Shown: positions 1 through 13,475, numbered from the stretch's first letter. The stretch is DNA of 64,000 bases from Octopus vulgaris (GCA_951406725.2 OX597833.1:68138001-68202000); one strand, 5' to 3'. The notes: generated by a model not told the origin, from the letters alone. Translations and numbers: made by a program.

Positions 1-84
1 TATCAAAGGCAAATTATTTGATTGCATCTAAAGAACAAACGTATCGAGGTAGCTGGATTAACTGCAGCACCCAAGATATATATA

Positions 85-153
<69 letters not shown>

Positions 154-541
154 GAGAAAGATATCTTTATCATTTCTCCTCTATATAATAATCGATTAAG
201 CCGATAATATCCTTAGGAAGCCAAGAATAACAACATCGTCCATTTCTCTTGTAAACAAAACCAGATATACGGATAAGTCGACGCCAACCATAATTGTATT
301 TGAATATTTCAACGATTTTCCTTTAGCTGAAGTCTTATAGTGTCTATATAAAATACTTATATATATATATATAAATTATGTATATATATATAATATAATT
401 TGATGGGATATTATTCCTCTCTTACAGGGAAAAATTCAATTTAGAAATACTAAACCAAATTTCACAATATATACGTTATACATACGTTTTATTTATTATT
501 TTGCACTTTACTTAAACATCGGTGATAGACAGTAATAAAAA

Positions 542-792
542 GGGGTAAAGACCCCCTTCGGTCATGAATGACCATGGGATTGCACCTAGAAAGTTACCCT
601 CCTAGACACAAGTCCGGGCAAGGTTATTTATGGAAGACCAGCAGTCGCCCATGCATACCAGCCTCCCCTCTCCACGCCACCAGTGTTATTCAAGGGAAAG
701 ACAAAGGTCGATACAGCTTGGCACCAGTGACGTCGCAACTCATTTCTACAGCTGAGTGAACTGGAGCAACGTGAAATAAAGTGCTTTGCTCA
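542..792 (-). mobile_element. tRNA-SINE family C (CORE-like body), 5'-truncated
   Basis: Reverse complement (GAGCAAAGCACTTTATTTCACGTTGCTCCAGTTCACTCAGCTGTAGAAATGAGTTGCGACGTCACTGGTGCCAAGCTGTATCGACC...) aligns with the body of the tRNA-headed copy at 53454-53640. Confidence 0.75.
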
Positions 793-1765
793 TACCGATG
801 ATTAAGTAATATGCAAAATTCTCCCGACCTGGAGAATTATCAACAGGAAATGAATCATCGCAGAAGAGTGAGACCGCCTCTTCGTATTTATTTCTTCTCC
901 TAGAATCAACAGTATACCAACGACATCTGTTTTGATAAAAAGATATCGTATTAGATAAAGTATTCCTATTTTTCTTTCACTTCGTTAAACAAAAAATACG
1001 GTAAATCACCTTGAAGTGTCAAGGTTGGAATGGCTGCGAGTTTATGTCAGTAAAGTTTTGGCCATTTAATATGCACCAAGTTGTGGAGTAGATGTTAATG
1101 TAGTCTAAATGTTTTAATCTTTATCTGCGACTTTATTATGTCATGTTCCATTGAGATTCTCGACGCAATGGCCAAGATGGATATTAAAAACATTCAGTGA
1201 AACAAACGTAATGAATAACTGAATATTGAGTAGCAATTCCTGAGACAAGACCTCGTTTTCATATTAGTGAAGAGCATCGAATTTCCTTTTATTTGTCTTT
1301 TTCGATTGATGCCTAAAATTTTTTGTTAAAACTTGGGATTGTAGAATAAAATACTTCGAGTGAGTTACTGTCAAAGTCAGTAATACGTGTCTAAAGTTGC
1401 GAAATTTTTTTCTTAGATAAGTATGAACTTTGATTCACATTCGTTGTGGGGTGTATATAAAATGATACTCATTTCAGTTCTTACTATCGTTGGATCTTTT
1501 TCTCACATTTTAACCGATCTTTAGAATTTAACATTTTAAGGACTTGATGTAGTTGTGTGCCTCAATATTGAACCATATATCGAATTTTGAGTACTTTAGG
1601 AGATTAATGTGATTTGTACGTGAGAATTATTTGGGGAGTGTGGACGGGATGCAGTCAGAATATATAAGACACTTTCCTTTGCAGTTTCTGAGACATGTGT
1701 TTTGGATGGATATCTATAAGCTCCTGCTTGAACATCATTCGATACATTTATACATTTGAAATATA

Positions 1766-2169
1766 GGCGCAGGAGTGGCTGTGTGGTAAGTAGCTTGCTA
1801 ACCAACCACATGGTCCCGGGTTCAGTCCCACTGCGTGGCATTTTGGGAAGGTGTCTTCTGCTATAGCCACGGGCCGACCAATGCCTTGTGAGTGGATTTG
1901 GTAGACGGAAACTGAAAGAAGCCTGTCGTATATATATATATATGCGTGTGTGTATGTGTTTGTGTGTCTGTCTTTGTCCCCCTAGCATTGCTTGACAACC
2001 GATGCTGGTGTGTTTACGTCCCCGTAACTTAGCGGTTCGGCAAAAAGAGACCGATAGAATAAGTACTGGGCTTACAAAGAATAAGTCCCGGGGTCGAGTT
2101 GCTCGACTAAAGGCGGTGCTCCAGCATGGCCGCAGTCATATGACTGAAACAAGTAAAAAAGTAAAAAAG
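1766..2169 (+). mobile_element. tRNA-derived SINE family A, full length
   Basis: A box TGGCTGTGTGG, B box GGTTCAGTCCC, internal (TA/TG)n, tail GGCGGTGCTCCAGCATGGCCGCAGTC..TGACTGAAACAAGTAAAA; more than 12 related copies in the window. Confidence 0.92.
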
Positions 2170-2855
2170 TATAGATTTCCATTATGAAACATAAACGTGA
2201 CACATGTACCTCAAATTATTTCGTTCCGCTATTGTTTACAAACAGTTTGGACACACACAATTCATCAGAAGGTTTCTGCATCTTTTAACAATACCGTATT
2301 TCCTTTCAGCCATTCTTTTTTTCAATCTGTTGTCACACGCAATTGTATATTCACATATTAACCCATACAAAGCGACGTCTCTCTTTCACCAGACTTAATA
2401 TCTAATTGAGAATTACAAACGCTCCAGGCTGTTTTAGACGGATTCAAACGACATTTAAATAGATTTTTTTTTAAACAATAACTTGTCACAAAGGAATATT
2501 CATTTATAGCAACGACTAGAATAAACTTTTATGGTTCGCATCTAATTATTACATATTGTTATTCCATATTCCAATCTGTTGTGAGCTTCACTTAACTACT
2601 CTTAAGACAGACGTTTTGTCCGTCTTAAGAATATCCAAATGTCCAGCTGTAATTCATATATTAAAATACACAGAAAAATAGAATATTGCGTATTCAATTT
2701 AGCAGATTTCCTTCGGCCATCGCAGCTCTTAACGATAGAGACATTTTAATAGCAAGATATAAAATTTGAAGATAGCAATAAACAGCAAATGATAAATCGA
2801 TGGTTGTTTAACTCCAAGCCACATATGGTCGTTGCAGGCCTATCATGAAACCAAT

Positions 2856-3030
2856 TCTTTTATCTGTTAACTGCTTCAATCATTGAACTGAGGCCATGAT
2901 TAGAAATCGCATGGAAGAATGCGATTCTAATTTACTCTAACGAACCAGTACTTAAATTATTCTTAAATCTTGCATCAGTTTTCTATTACCGAACGGCTAC
3001 GTCAGAGGGGACATAAACACACCAACGCTT
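2856..3030 (-). mobile_element. Diverged SINE A 3' half
   Basis: Matches the reverse complement of the SINE A tail and the CCGAAC..GGGGAC.TAAACACACCA segment. Confidence 0.6.
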
Positions 3031-3034
3031 TCCA

Positions 3035-3138
3035 ACGACATGATTTCGGGTTCGGTCCCCCTGCGTTCACCTTCGGCAAGTGTCTTCTACCAAAGCCTTG
3101 CAAGTGGATATGGTGGATGGAAACTGAAAGAAACCGTC

Positions 3139-3169
<31 letters not shown>

Positions 3170-3295
3170 AACCCCACCATTACTTAACAACTGATGTTAG
3201 TGTATTTACGTCCTTCGTCGATTTCTTCGACGAAAGGTCGTGCTCCAGCATGGCCTCAGTCAAATGACTGGAGTCATGTGCAAGTAACAATAAAA
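3035..3295 (+). mobile_element. Diverged SINE A with internal deletions
   Basis: GGGTTCGGTCCC, GCAAGTGTCTTCTA, GGAAACTGAAAGAA, (TG)n, GTGCTCCAGCATGGCCTCAGTCAAATGACTG. Confidence 0.75.
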
Positions 3296-3937
3296 AATGT
3301 TGTGAAAACACCGAGTCAGTTAATGGCGTTGCTAACCAGATTCGTCGTTGTATCTGTTTATTTTGATTTAATTCGAGTGAAATTTAGTTAAAGAACTTTT
3401 GATCAAATACACAGATGTCTTAAGAGTGTATACTGCTTGGGTATTATGTAAACATTTCACCTTTTCGTATCTGGTCGGCTTCGAATAAGATACAAAGTAG
3501 AATAAACGAAGATCTCATTGTTATGTTTAGCAGATCAGAAGTACCATTTACAGGATCCTTGATTGCCGGTATGCGTTTGTGTGTGCTAGTGTTTTGCGTC
3601 TTTAGAAATCAATAAATATGCAAAAATTGGATTCGTACAAGTAGTTTCAAGAATAAACATCCAATATGTCAGACTGTTAAAACATCGCCAGGAGCGTGGT
3701 TCTTGCTTCTGTTTCAATTTATAATCTTGAAGGTTACCTAGGCGTATGACGTATGTCATGTGACGTATGACGTATGCTTGCTGTGGAATAATAAATAATA
3801 TATATTTAAAAAAAAAAACACTATACAAGACAGATGTTTTGCTGTCAGCACTTGTTATTAAAGATTGATACGATCCGTTGAACCAAACAGTTTAGAAATA
3901 TCCAGAAGTTAAGGAAGGGCTGAAGATCACGAAGATC

Positions 3938-3975
<38 letters not shown>

Positions 3976-4364
3976 AGAGAAATAGAGAAGGGATGAAAGA
4001 GTGGGAGGAAGAATGTGATTGCGTGTTTCTCTGTTTGTGTGTGAGAGGGAGTGAGAGGCGACATGAATGATAAATCGCTTTATTTTTACGAATGTTGAAA
4101 AGCGGAAATTTTCGTTGGTTTATTGGTTTATCTGCAGTATATTAGCATATGTTGTGAGTGATGATGATGATGATGATGATGTTGGCTATAGTGGCGGGGG
4201 TGGGTACGTGTTTATTTATTATGAAGGTGATTGTGGTTTGGTGTTGTTGATAGGATAAAAGTTGTGTTTGGGACGAAGATGATGATTAGAGGGATGGAGT
4301 TGATGAACGTGATGGCGATGCTAAAGGTGCGAAGTTCTAACACGTTCTGTAGTTGTAATGTCAG

Positions 4365-4868
4365 GATGATGAAAATGTTGACGTTGATGATGTTGATGTT
4401 GATGTTGGTGTTGGTGTTGGTGTTGGTGTTGATGATGATGGTGTTGATGATGATGGTGTTGATGATGATGATGATGATATTGATGGTGTTGATGATGGTG
4501 AGGGTGTTGATGATGATAATGGTGAGGGTGTTGATGATGATGATGGTGAGGGTGTTGATGATGATGATATTGATGAGGTTGATGATGTTGATGATGTTGA
4601 CGATGTTGATGATGATGATGATGATGATGTTGATAATGTTGATGGTGTTGATGTTGATGATGATTGATGTTGATGTTGATGATGATGCTGTTGATGATGA
4701 TGATGATGATGGTGTTGATGATGATGGTGTTGACGTTGTTGATGATGTTGATGGTACTGATGAAGATGATCTCTGTGAGGTTGATCATAGTGAAAAGAGA
4801 GACGACGATGGAACTTATACTTGTAATATTGTTGATAAGGAGGAAGTTCAGTGATGATGATGATGATA
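4365..4868. repeat. Degenerate (GAT/GTT/GGT)n trinucleotide microsatellite
   Basis: Direct inspection; source of the poly-M/D/H pseudo-ORFs. Confidence 0.9.
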
Positions 4869-5310
4869 TAAGTATGTGAGATTTAAAAAAGACTATGAAT
4901 GAAATTCGAGTTCCTGAAGGCTTATCAACAGGTTGTCGATGTCAGAAGAAAAAGAAGACGACGAAGAAGAAAAAAAAAACCTAGAATGAATATCAAAAGA
5001 TTGTTAAAACCCAAACGAAATATAAACATACGAAACGTAACATGCGCGGAAGCTCAAAACTATGAATGAATAACGGAAAGAAAAAAAGAATGAATTAAAC
5101 AAAATATGAGAAAAGAAAAAAAACATTTAAAATCAAAAGAATACTGCTCACAGTAGGGAATTAGGTATATATATAATGACAGCGTGTTCATATTTCATAA
5201 CATTTCAAGAGATAATTCAATGAGCAGAAGCAGGGAATATAGTTTTACGTTTACAGATCAAAATACATCAAAGCTATGCTCTGTCTTTCTATCGGCGTAT
5301 GTATAGGGGT

Positions 5311-5355
<45 letters not shown>

Positions 5356-5397
5356 GGCTTAGTAAAATAAATTACTTTACCCTCAATTGTTGAAATT

Positions 5398-6095
5398 ATA
5401 TATATATATATGTATATATGTATATACATCTATATAAGAATATGTATATATATATCTGTGTATATATATGTATATATATATCTGTGTATATATATGCATA
5501 TATGTATATATGTATATACATCTATATAAGAATGTGTATATATAAGTATATATATATATCTGTGTATATATATGCATATATGTCTATATGTATATACTTC
5601 TATATAAGAATATGTATATATATATATCTGTGTATATATATGTATATATGCATATATATATATATATATATATGCATATATACATCTATATAAGAATATG
5701 TATATATATATATCTGTGTATATATATGTATATATGCATATATATATATATATATGTATATACATCTATATAAGAATATGTATATATATATATCTGTGTA
5801 TATATATGTATATATGCATATATATATATATATATATACATCTATATAAGAATATGTATATATATATCTGTGTGTATATATATGTATATATGTATGTATA
5901 TATATATATGTATATATGTATATACATCTATATAAAAATATGTATATATATCTGTGTATATATATGCATATATATATATGTATATACATCTATATAAGAA
6001 TATGTATATATATATATATATATCTGTGTATATATATGTATATATACATATATATACGTATATGTATACGTATATGAATATAGATATATACATAT
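5398..6095. repeat. Higher-order minisatellite built on (TA)n, 8 units
   Basis: Anchor CATCTATATAAGAATATG (or variant) recurs at about 5427, 5519, 5597, 5683, 5763, 5839, 5925, 5987. Confidence 0.85.
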
Positions 6096-6526
6096 AGATA
6101 AAGGTGCGTTCCCATTTTGTTCGTTCTATGAATTAATCTGTATGATGAAGTTGCGTCATCCACATGGAAATTTGTCTCCAACTTAGTTCAATATGTACAG
6201 GCATGTGATTTTACGAACATGTCAAATTAGGACAAGGACACTAATTCCATGTTCCTTGATCGGACAAAATATATAATAACCATGGTGGAGCACCTTAGTC
6301 AATCTGCTACCACACACACACACTCTCACACACACATATGTAGATATAAACAAATATTTATAAACGTGCACCTTACAAACTAGTAATGAGATTTTCACGT
6401 TCTGAATCATCGGACTAGTTTTGAATAACAATATGGGATTTGTCAGCTGTTACAAGCTTAACTACATTGCCTGTACATTGGATGTTGTCTTAACATTCAT
6501 GTCTGCAAAAGCATATCATATCATAT

Positions 6527-6574
<48 letters not shown>

Positions 6575-6575
<1 letters not shown>

Positions 6576-6965
6576 TAGCAGTATCGCCCGGCATTGCTCG
6601 GGTTTGTAAGGGAAATAACTATAAAGCATTTTTAAAGAGTTATAGCCAAAAAATATCAAAAAAATGCATCAAAAATGGAAATAATATGATGGTAATTTTT
6701 ATTTTAAATCGTTGACCCATCGTAGACATTTTTAGAGAGTTACTTCCCTTTAAAAAAATATGCATGAAAATGGAAAAAAATGATGGTAAATTATTTTAAA
6801 AATCGCAGACTCATCGTAGACGCGCGCTAATGCCCAGAAGGGCTCGATATGAATCACGACTATAAGATACCCGGTTTTGGTTAAACTGCACCGCAAAATG
6901 TGGGAGTAGTTAGGGATCTAAATCGAAGGGGACAGACACTCACGCAACTACAGTTTTATATATAA

Positions 6966-6968
<3 letters not shown>
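6575..6968 (-). mobile_element. Non-autonomous Helitron family 1
   Basis: Minus strand begins A|TC, ends with hairpin CCCGAGCAATGCCGGG then CTAG|T; no TSD; internal ~100 bp duplication; near-identical copy at 31934-32333. Confidence 0.85.
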
Positions 6969-7010
<42 letters not shown>

Positions 7011-7314
7011 TTGTATACAGATATATGTATAGTATATATGTGTATAAATCAGTGTAGCCATGCAACAGGAATCAACGACTGTGTGGCCTTCAAGATGGTT
7101 GCAGGGGAATATATGATTGCCAAGATCATGACACGCGCACGAAACCCCATCCCCCACGCGTACCATCATTTCCCAGTTACTGCTAATTTCACCCTTCTGA
7201 ATTCAACTGGCAAAACCCCCTATCTTTCTCTCTATCTATCCCCCTCTCGATCTATCAATCCGTCTACCTGCCTTCCTACCTGTGTGTCTCCATTATGTTT
7301 GTAGTAGGGGCTTG

Positions 7315-7355
<41 letters not shown>

Positions 7356-7409
7356 GCATCTACTCACAAACATATATGTATGTGTATATATGTATGTATA
7401 TATATATGC

Positions 7410-7465
<56 letters not shown>

Positions 7466-8589
7466 TATGTGACTGTGTTAGCTCTGAGTGTTTTCGTCTG
7501 TAAATATATCATTGCCCATGGCAAATTGCATTTAAGCTGCCACAGACTTTAGCTCTTATAAAATAAAACTTGTCGTATACTCGAGCGCATATTTACACAT
7601 ACAGATCTTGCTTTTGTAGTGCGCGTTAGACGTTTTGTGCTTGTATGTGTATGAGATACGAATTCACCTTTATTTTATATATAAATATATATATGCATAT
7701 ATATATTGTGTGCTTTCAGATAAATTGTTTTTATATATATATAGTCACTATGATTATATAGATTTTTTATAAATTAAGATACGTATGTTTTTTTTTACGT
7801 TTTTCATGTCAGCGAAGAATATGCTTGTGTGTGTTAAGAGAAAAGAGACATTGAACGAGAGAGCAGGCAGGCATAGAATGAGAAAGAGAGAAATGCAAGT
7901 GTATGCCATTGTCTTTTATGAAATAAAACGGATTGGTCACACGACAGGTATCAAGGATATGTGACGAAACTGAACGTGTCATAAAACATGTGCTTCGTTT
8001 AATCGAATTCATAGTTCGCTGTTAAAAAGAAAAAGGTCGCTCTCAAGATGTCAGCACTGTCGTTTTCTTATTAGTTCCTTGAAAATATGGCTCACATAAG
8101 CCGTGCATTAGTGTTTTTCAGCGTGTGTCATGAAGGTTATACGCAGTAAAGCTTTATATAGTTAGAATTGCTGGTGTCTTATTTTTTCGTTTTCTTTTTT
8201 ACAGTGTCTTTCTTGTCATGCTGTCAAATCCTAGAGAGACCTTACGAATAGCTGAACATATTCAGTAATGTTAATGTTGATTTTTTTTTCTATTCTAGAA
8301 TGGTTATTTTATATGGTTCTTCTGTGCAAAAAAAACAAAACAAAATAAACAAACCCAAAACAAATAAAAAAGAATAAAAGATTAATATACAAGAAGCACT
8401 ACGTGAATGTATGGCAGTAGGTAATTCAAAGGATTAAATAGACGCCATGATGCATGCTTGAGAGTGAGAGAGGAAAACGGATGAAAGAATATTATTAATA
8501 TCACAATTCCTCCGAAGTATTTATACATATGTATATGTATACTCACAGTTATCTAGCTATATATAATACTTATATACACATACCATTGA

Positions 8590-8660
<71 letters not shown>

Positions 8661-8663
<3 letters not shown>

Positions 8664-8843
8664 CATGATAGATCGGTAGCCACACGTTTTTCTCTACTTG
8701 TTTCTCTCCTATGCCCCTTTATGTAGAAGAGCGTAGGCTCGATACGTAAAAGACTTTTTCAATTCCTGAGCGTTATACTAATACATCTGATTGTTTTCTA
8801 CACCACCTGTCTTTGTCTTTTGTTTTTTTTCGTAATTTCTCCC
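8661..8843 (+). mobile_element. (TA)n-embedded hammerhead-bearing element, subfamily D1
   Basis: Homologous to 11332-11545 and 18000-18160; fold CTTT-ATGTAGA-A-GAGC(GTAG)GCTC-GATA-CG-TA-AAAG at 8717-8752. Confidence 0.75.
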
Positions 8844-8864
8844 TATACACACACACACACACAG

Positions 8865-8901
<37 letters not shown>

Positions 8902-9229
8902 CATCTAGATATGATATGTGTGTATATGTTTGTGCTGGTCAAGCATGGCCTTTCTTTCTTGGCTTGACTGCCGCTTGCACAACACCTCGATTTTCCTCTC
9001 CTCTGACTTTCATCTATGTTCGTTGTGCTAAAGCTTCCACTTCACACGTCAGCTTTAATTTAATCTGTCCTCTTAGTCGAAAGACACTTATTGTTATTCT
9101 TGTTTGTATTTGTAATCGTGTAACATTGTCTCCGTTTTCTTGTTTTTGTTTTGTCCGTGTTGTCGCAAACATTTAATGGCCTTACCTTTTAGGGACTACC
9201 AATTTTGAACAGTCTCAAGTGTAATAGGC

Positions 9230-9866
9230 CGAAACTGTAATGATAATTGGAAGGTTGATTGATGAAAAGAAAGGGAGTTCAGAAGGATTTGCACATAACC
9301 AGCAATCACGACCAAGATCAAAAAGTTTTCTCGTTTGAGAAAAACCAAATCAAACTTTTCTTCCGTTGGATTTTTCAGGTCGTTTAGCAGCCTTTCAGAT
9401 CTGATGTAGTGATTTTATTTTGCTTTTCTGACAAATTGACCTTAACATAAAAGACATATATCTGATGTCTTCGTGGACAACATTTCTAACTGTTACTTCT
9501 GACACATGGAAATCTGGGATTGGAATCAATGGTCTGTTCAACTTGCAGGATAAATTTAGGTGTTCTGAATTTTTACAGAGCGTTTAGAATGCGTTTTATG
9601 CTTTGATACTGGTGATACGTTTCCATCTTCGGTCTCTGGCTCCTTACAAACTTTGTAGACGAAAGATGTGGCAACTTCTAAAATTCGAGATATTCCTAAA
9701 TCTTTATGCTCAGCCTTTATAACCACCATAACAGCATACCTCTCCATTCCTTGAGTAAGCTGAGGTTTTGCTACTTTTATTTTCTGAAAGAAAGATTATA
9801 CAGAGTTACCAAAGAATGCAGTAATGGCCCCCAAAAGCTATTTCCTCATATACCTTATGCAACCTG
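9230..9866 (-). mobile_element. Decayed Tc1/mariner (maT/DD37D-like) transposon, 5' part with transposase relic
   Basis: Minus-strand translation across frameshifts: LTQGMERYAVMVVIKAEHKDLGISRILEVATSFVYKV...VSEVTVRNVVHEDIRY...RSERLLNDLKNP..WFFSNEKTFD (HTH plus first-catalytic-D region FFSDEK); putative end TA|CAGGTTG at 9866. Confidence 0.75.
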
Positions 9867-10366
9867 TATATTCTAAAGAAAGCAGACAAAATTTATTTGA
9901 GGTGATAATGTATGAGAGATGAGTTAAGAGCAATATCGCTTGTTATATTTCAATTCTAGTTTCATGTTTGAGGGTTTTGTCCTTTATTTGCTACGTTACT
10001 TATAGAGGAGCCAGGATCATATGCACTCCATCCATGTAGAATAAACAGAATCTCTATGCAAAAGCGTGGGGAGGTTTATACCGGGACAGAAACTTGTTAC
10101 GTAGCGTGTCTTTCTGATTCACTGAAATAATGGGTACATGTGTCTGGGGGAAAATCTGACATTCAAAACGTTCCCCTCGGTGCAAGTAACGCATTCTCAT
10201 TATCAACTGATATTTCATTATCGATCATCGGAAATTCAACACACACACAACAAACACACACACACATTCATATATACATATGCACATCTATCTATCTATC
10301 TATCTAACTAACCATAGATACAAATATACACCCATTTAGATACACAACCTCCCCCTTATAAAAATA

Positions 10367-10592
10367 TATATATGTGTGTGTGTGTGTGTATATATATATG
10401 TGTGTGTGTGTCTATGCATATATATATGTGTGTGTATATGTATATATGCATATATATATATGTGTATATATATATATGTGTGTATATATATATATATGTG
10501 TGTGTGTATGTATATATGTATATATATATATATGTGTGTGTGTGTGTATGTATATATGTATATGTATATATATATATGTGTGTGTGTGTGTG

Positions 10593-10641
<49 letters not shown>

Positions 10642-10658
10642 ATGTATGTATATATATA
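10367..10658. repeat. Compound (TA)n/(TG)n microsatellite
   Basis: Direct inspection. Confidence 0.9.
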
Positions 10659-11331
10659 GGCTTCTCTCAGGTTATAAATATCTAAGAGTGAGCTTCAAAG
10701 TATATTTTGTCTCTTAAATAATCTATAATGACACAGGCCAATATTCAGAGATTCAACAACAAGTCGAGGCATCGATCGCACAATTTCTTTTAGCAAATAC
10801 AGTTTCATACTTGTTTATTTTATATTTACAATATTTTTTTGTCTTTCATTTACTATGCTGTTTTTCTTTTTTTCTGCCTTGAAACCTTATCAAAACAATG
10901 GCTGAATTGTAAACAAAAATAACGTCCATTTTCACGTCAAACCAAGCAAGAACATCTTGGAAATCAATAATCGGTACCCTTCCTATATTTACGTACCTTT
11001 AGAGACTACTCTGAAGTCATCAATATTTTTGTCTGATAGGAGACTGATTTAAATATTGTTCAAAATGTTTTAGCAAAAATCAACTAATACAAGTTGAAAA
11101 AAAAATCAGCAACTATTTTAGAGTATTTTAAACATACACTATCATAGAATAGTAAGCAAACACGCACATATATCTAGACATCTCGGCGTTTGGAGTGTGC
11201 TGATGGGTAATCGTATATGTATACATATATATATGTGTTATAATAATGATAATACACACATAAATTCATCCTATATATCTATATATGCATATATAAAAAT
11301 ATACATATACATATATATATATATATATATA

Positions 11332-11545
11332 GACCGCCATGATAGACCGTCAGCTCCTACACGCATTTTTTTCTCTCCTTGTTTCTCTCCTTGTTTTTTT
11401 TTTCTGTGTATTTTTCTGTCGAAGAGCGTAGTCTCGAAACGTAAAAGACTTGTTCTATTTCTATTCCTGAGCGCTATACTAATACATTTGTTTGTTTGTA
11501 CTCCACCTGCCTTCGTCTTTTGTTTATTTTCGTAAACCTTCCCGT
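11332..11545 (+). mobile_element. (TA)n-embedded hammerhead-bearing element, subfamily D1
   Basis: Fold TTTT-CTGTCGA-A-GAG(CGTAGT)CTC-GAAA-CG-TA-AAAG at 11412-11447; TA-rich tracts on both sides. Confidence 0.8.
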
Positions 11546-12072
11546 TATATATACATACATATACATATATATATACATATATACATATACGCTCACACAC
11601 ACACACACACACACACATATATACATATATAGGTCATATATAAATCATATAAATATTCATGTGTTTGGTCGATAGATTTGTGTTCTCCTGCCTTAGCCCG
11701 CATGTGCTAGGTCGATCCACAGACACGTGGATTCTCATTTTAATTCTAAAATCCTGTATCCTCGTCAATCAGTGGACAACGAGGAGTCGCATGGTTAAAA
11801 CAATTGCTCAGGAATTATGATTTGATCTAATTCCGCTGGATCAGATGGAATCTAAGCTTGTCATGTTGCTTAGAGGACATCTTAGCCTTGGAATCACTAC
11901 GCTTCTTCACCCACACACACACACACACACACACGCACAAACACACAAGCATGTATGGAACTGTTCTCCATTTTGAAGCGACAAATTTTTAATACAAGCA
12001 AATGGCTGTGAAATGGTGAGTTAGCACCAGGCAGAATCGATTCCACAAATCCTAGCGCAACCGATTGGGCCA

Positions 12073-12286
12073 ATAATAATAAATAATAATAATAATAATA
12101 ATGAAATTATTGTATACAGTGCTCAGGTGCACCACAACTTGTCAAAACGTGCGTATAAAGTATATGCAGTAATGTACAAATGTCTGGAAAGCGAACAGTG
12201 TACGAGTCAGATACATGCTTGCGTGTGTATGGAGGGGAGAAAATCAGGTGTAGTTTTGGCGAATCTCAGGAAGCATGGACGTTTCA
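12073..12286 (-). mobile_element. Probable 5'-truncated LINE 3' end with (ATT)n tail
   Basis: Minus strand ends ...GGTGCACCTGAGCACTGTATACAATAATTTC(ATT)n; family assignment by resemblance only. Confidence 0.45.
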
Positions 12287-12541
12287 GCCAAATTTAGCTT
12301 ATATATATTTAAACTGTTTAATACTATCAAGAGCGAAAAAAAGAGTGCTCGAATACGGAAGGTAGAGTAATACACTATTTTATAAAAGCTAGAAAAAACA
12401 TTTTACAAAATAGCACTCGGCGTTTCACTTCACTGTTCATCAGGCAGTTGTGATAATACGAAAGGATTCTTATGAAACGCCGAATAATAGTTTGAGAAGT
12501 ATATTTTTCAGACGCGCGCGCGCACACACACACACACATAC

Positions 12542-12952
12542 GCACAGGAGTGGCTGTGTGGTAAGTAGCTTGTTTACCAACCACATGGTATCGGGTTCAG
12601 TCCCACTGTGTGGCACCTTGGGCAAGTGTCTACTACTATAGCCTCGGGCTGGCCAAAGCCTTGTGAGTGGATTTGGTAGACGGAAACTGAAAGAAGCCCG
12701 TCGTATATATGTATATATATATATATATGTGTGTGTTTGTGTGTCTTTGTTTGTCCCCCTAACATTGCTTGACAACCGATGCTTGTGTGTTTATGTCGCC
12801 CGTTACTTAGCGGTTCGGCAAAAGAGACCGATAGAATAAGTACTGGGCTTACAAAACAATAAGTCCCGGGGACGAGTTGCTCGATTAAAAGGCGGTGCTC
12901 CAACATGACCGCAGTCAAATGACTGAAACAAGTAAAAGAGAGTAAAAAGAGT
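12542..12952 (+). mobile_element. SINE family A, full length
   Basis: Collinear with 1766-2169. Confidence 0.92.
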
Positions 12953-13433
12953 ATATAATATATGTATACAGAGAGAGAGAGAGAGAGGTACAGTTCAGTT
13001 TGAAATAATTCCCTTGTTACATAAGATATGCAACAAGATATATCTTTATCAATCTTTATGCATACGATTATGCCGAAAACTTAAAGTAGGTATATTCGTA
13101 CTCTAGTGTCTACTTATTAGAGACACATTACCTCAACTTTTTTCCATCACCGCATAATTAGCAATAATTTGAATACTCTAAGAGTAAGTAAAATATATTG
13201 CATATTTAAGTGTGTAATAAATTTATATGACTTTATGAAAATTTATTGTCCTAACGATACTGATCTCATATGTGTAGGTTATCAATATACAATATATTTT
13301 GGGTGGTATCAACGCAAAAATTATTAGCGATTTTTTATAATAATAATAATAATAATAATAAATAATATATGCATCTTTATAGAGAAGTAAATACATATGT
13401 ATATATGAATATGCAAATATGTTTGTGCGTATG

Positions 13434-13475
<42 letters not shown>

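Noticed and set aside
1596-2187. Recurring peptides such as [14 protein letters not shown] and MLVCLRPRNLAVRQKETDR in several ORFs
   Set aside because: Translations of SINE A copies, not a gene family.
4231-4879. 207-aa Met/Asp-rich and 155-aa His/Gln-rich ORFs
   Set aside because: Both are readings of a (GAT)n-type microsatellite; no domain or splice support.
5398-6095. Repeat-spacer pattern superficially like CRISPR
   Set aside because: Spacers are TA runs, context is eukaryotic and no cas genes are present.
8181-8204. Strong acceptor TTTTTTCGTTTTCTTTTTTACAG
   Set aside because: No convincing donor or reading frame follows; T-tracts are common here.
8931-9171. TG...CA bounded segment as a solo LTR
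   Set aside because: No TSD and no second copy in the window.
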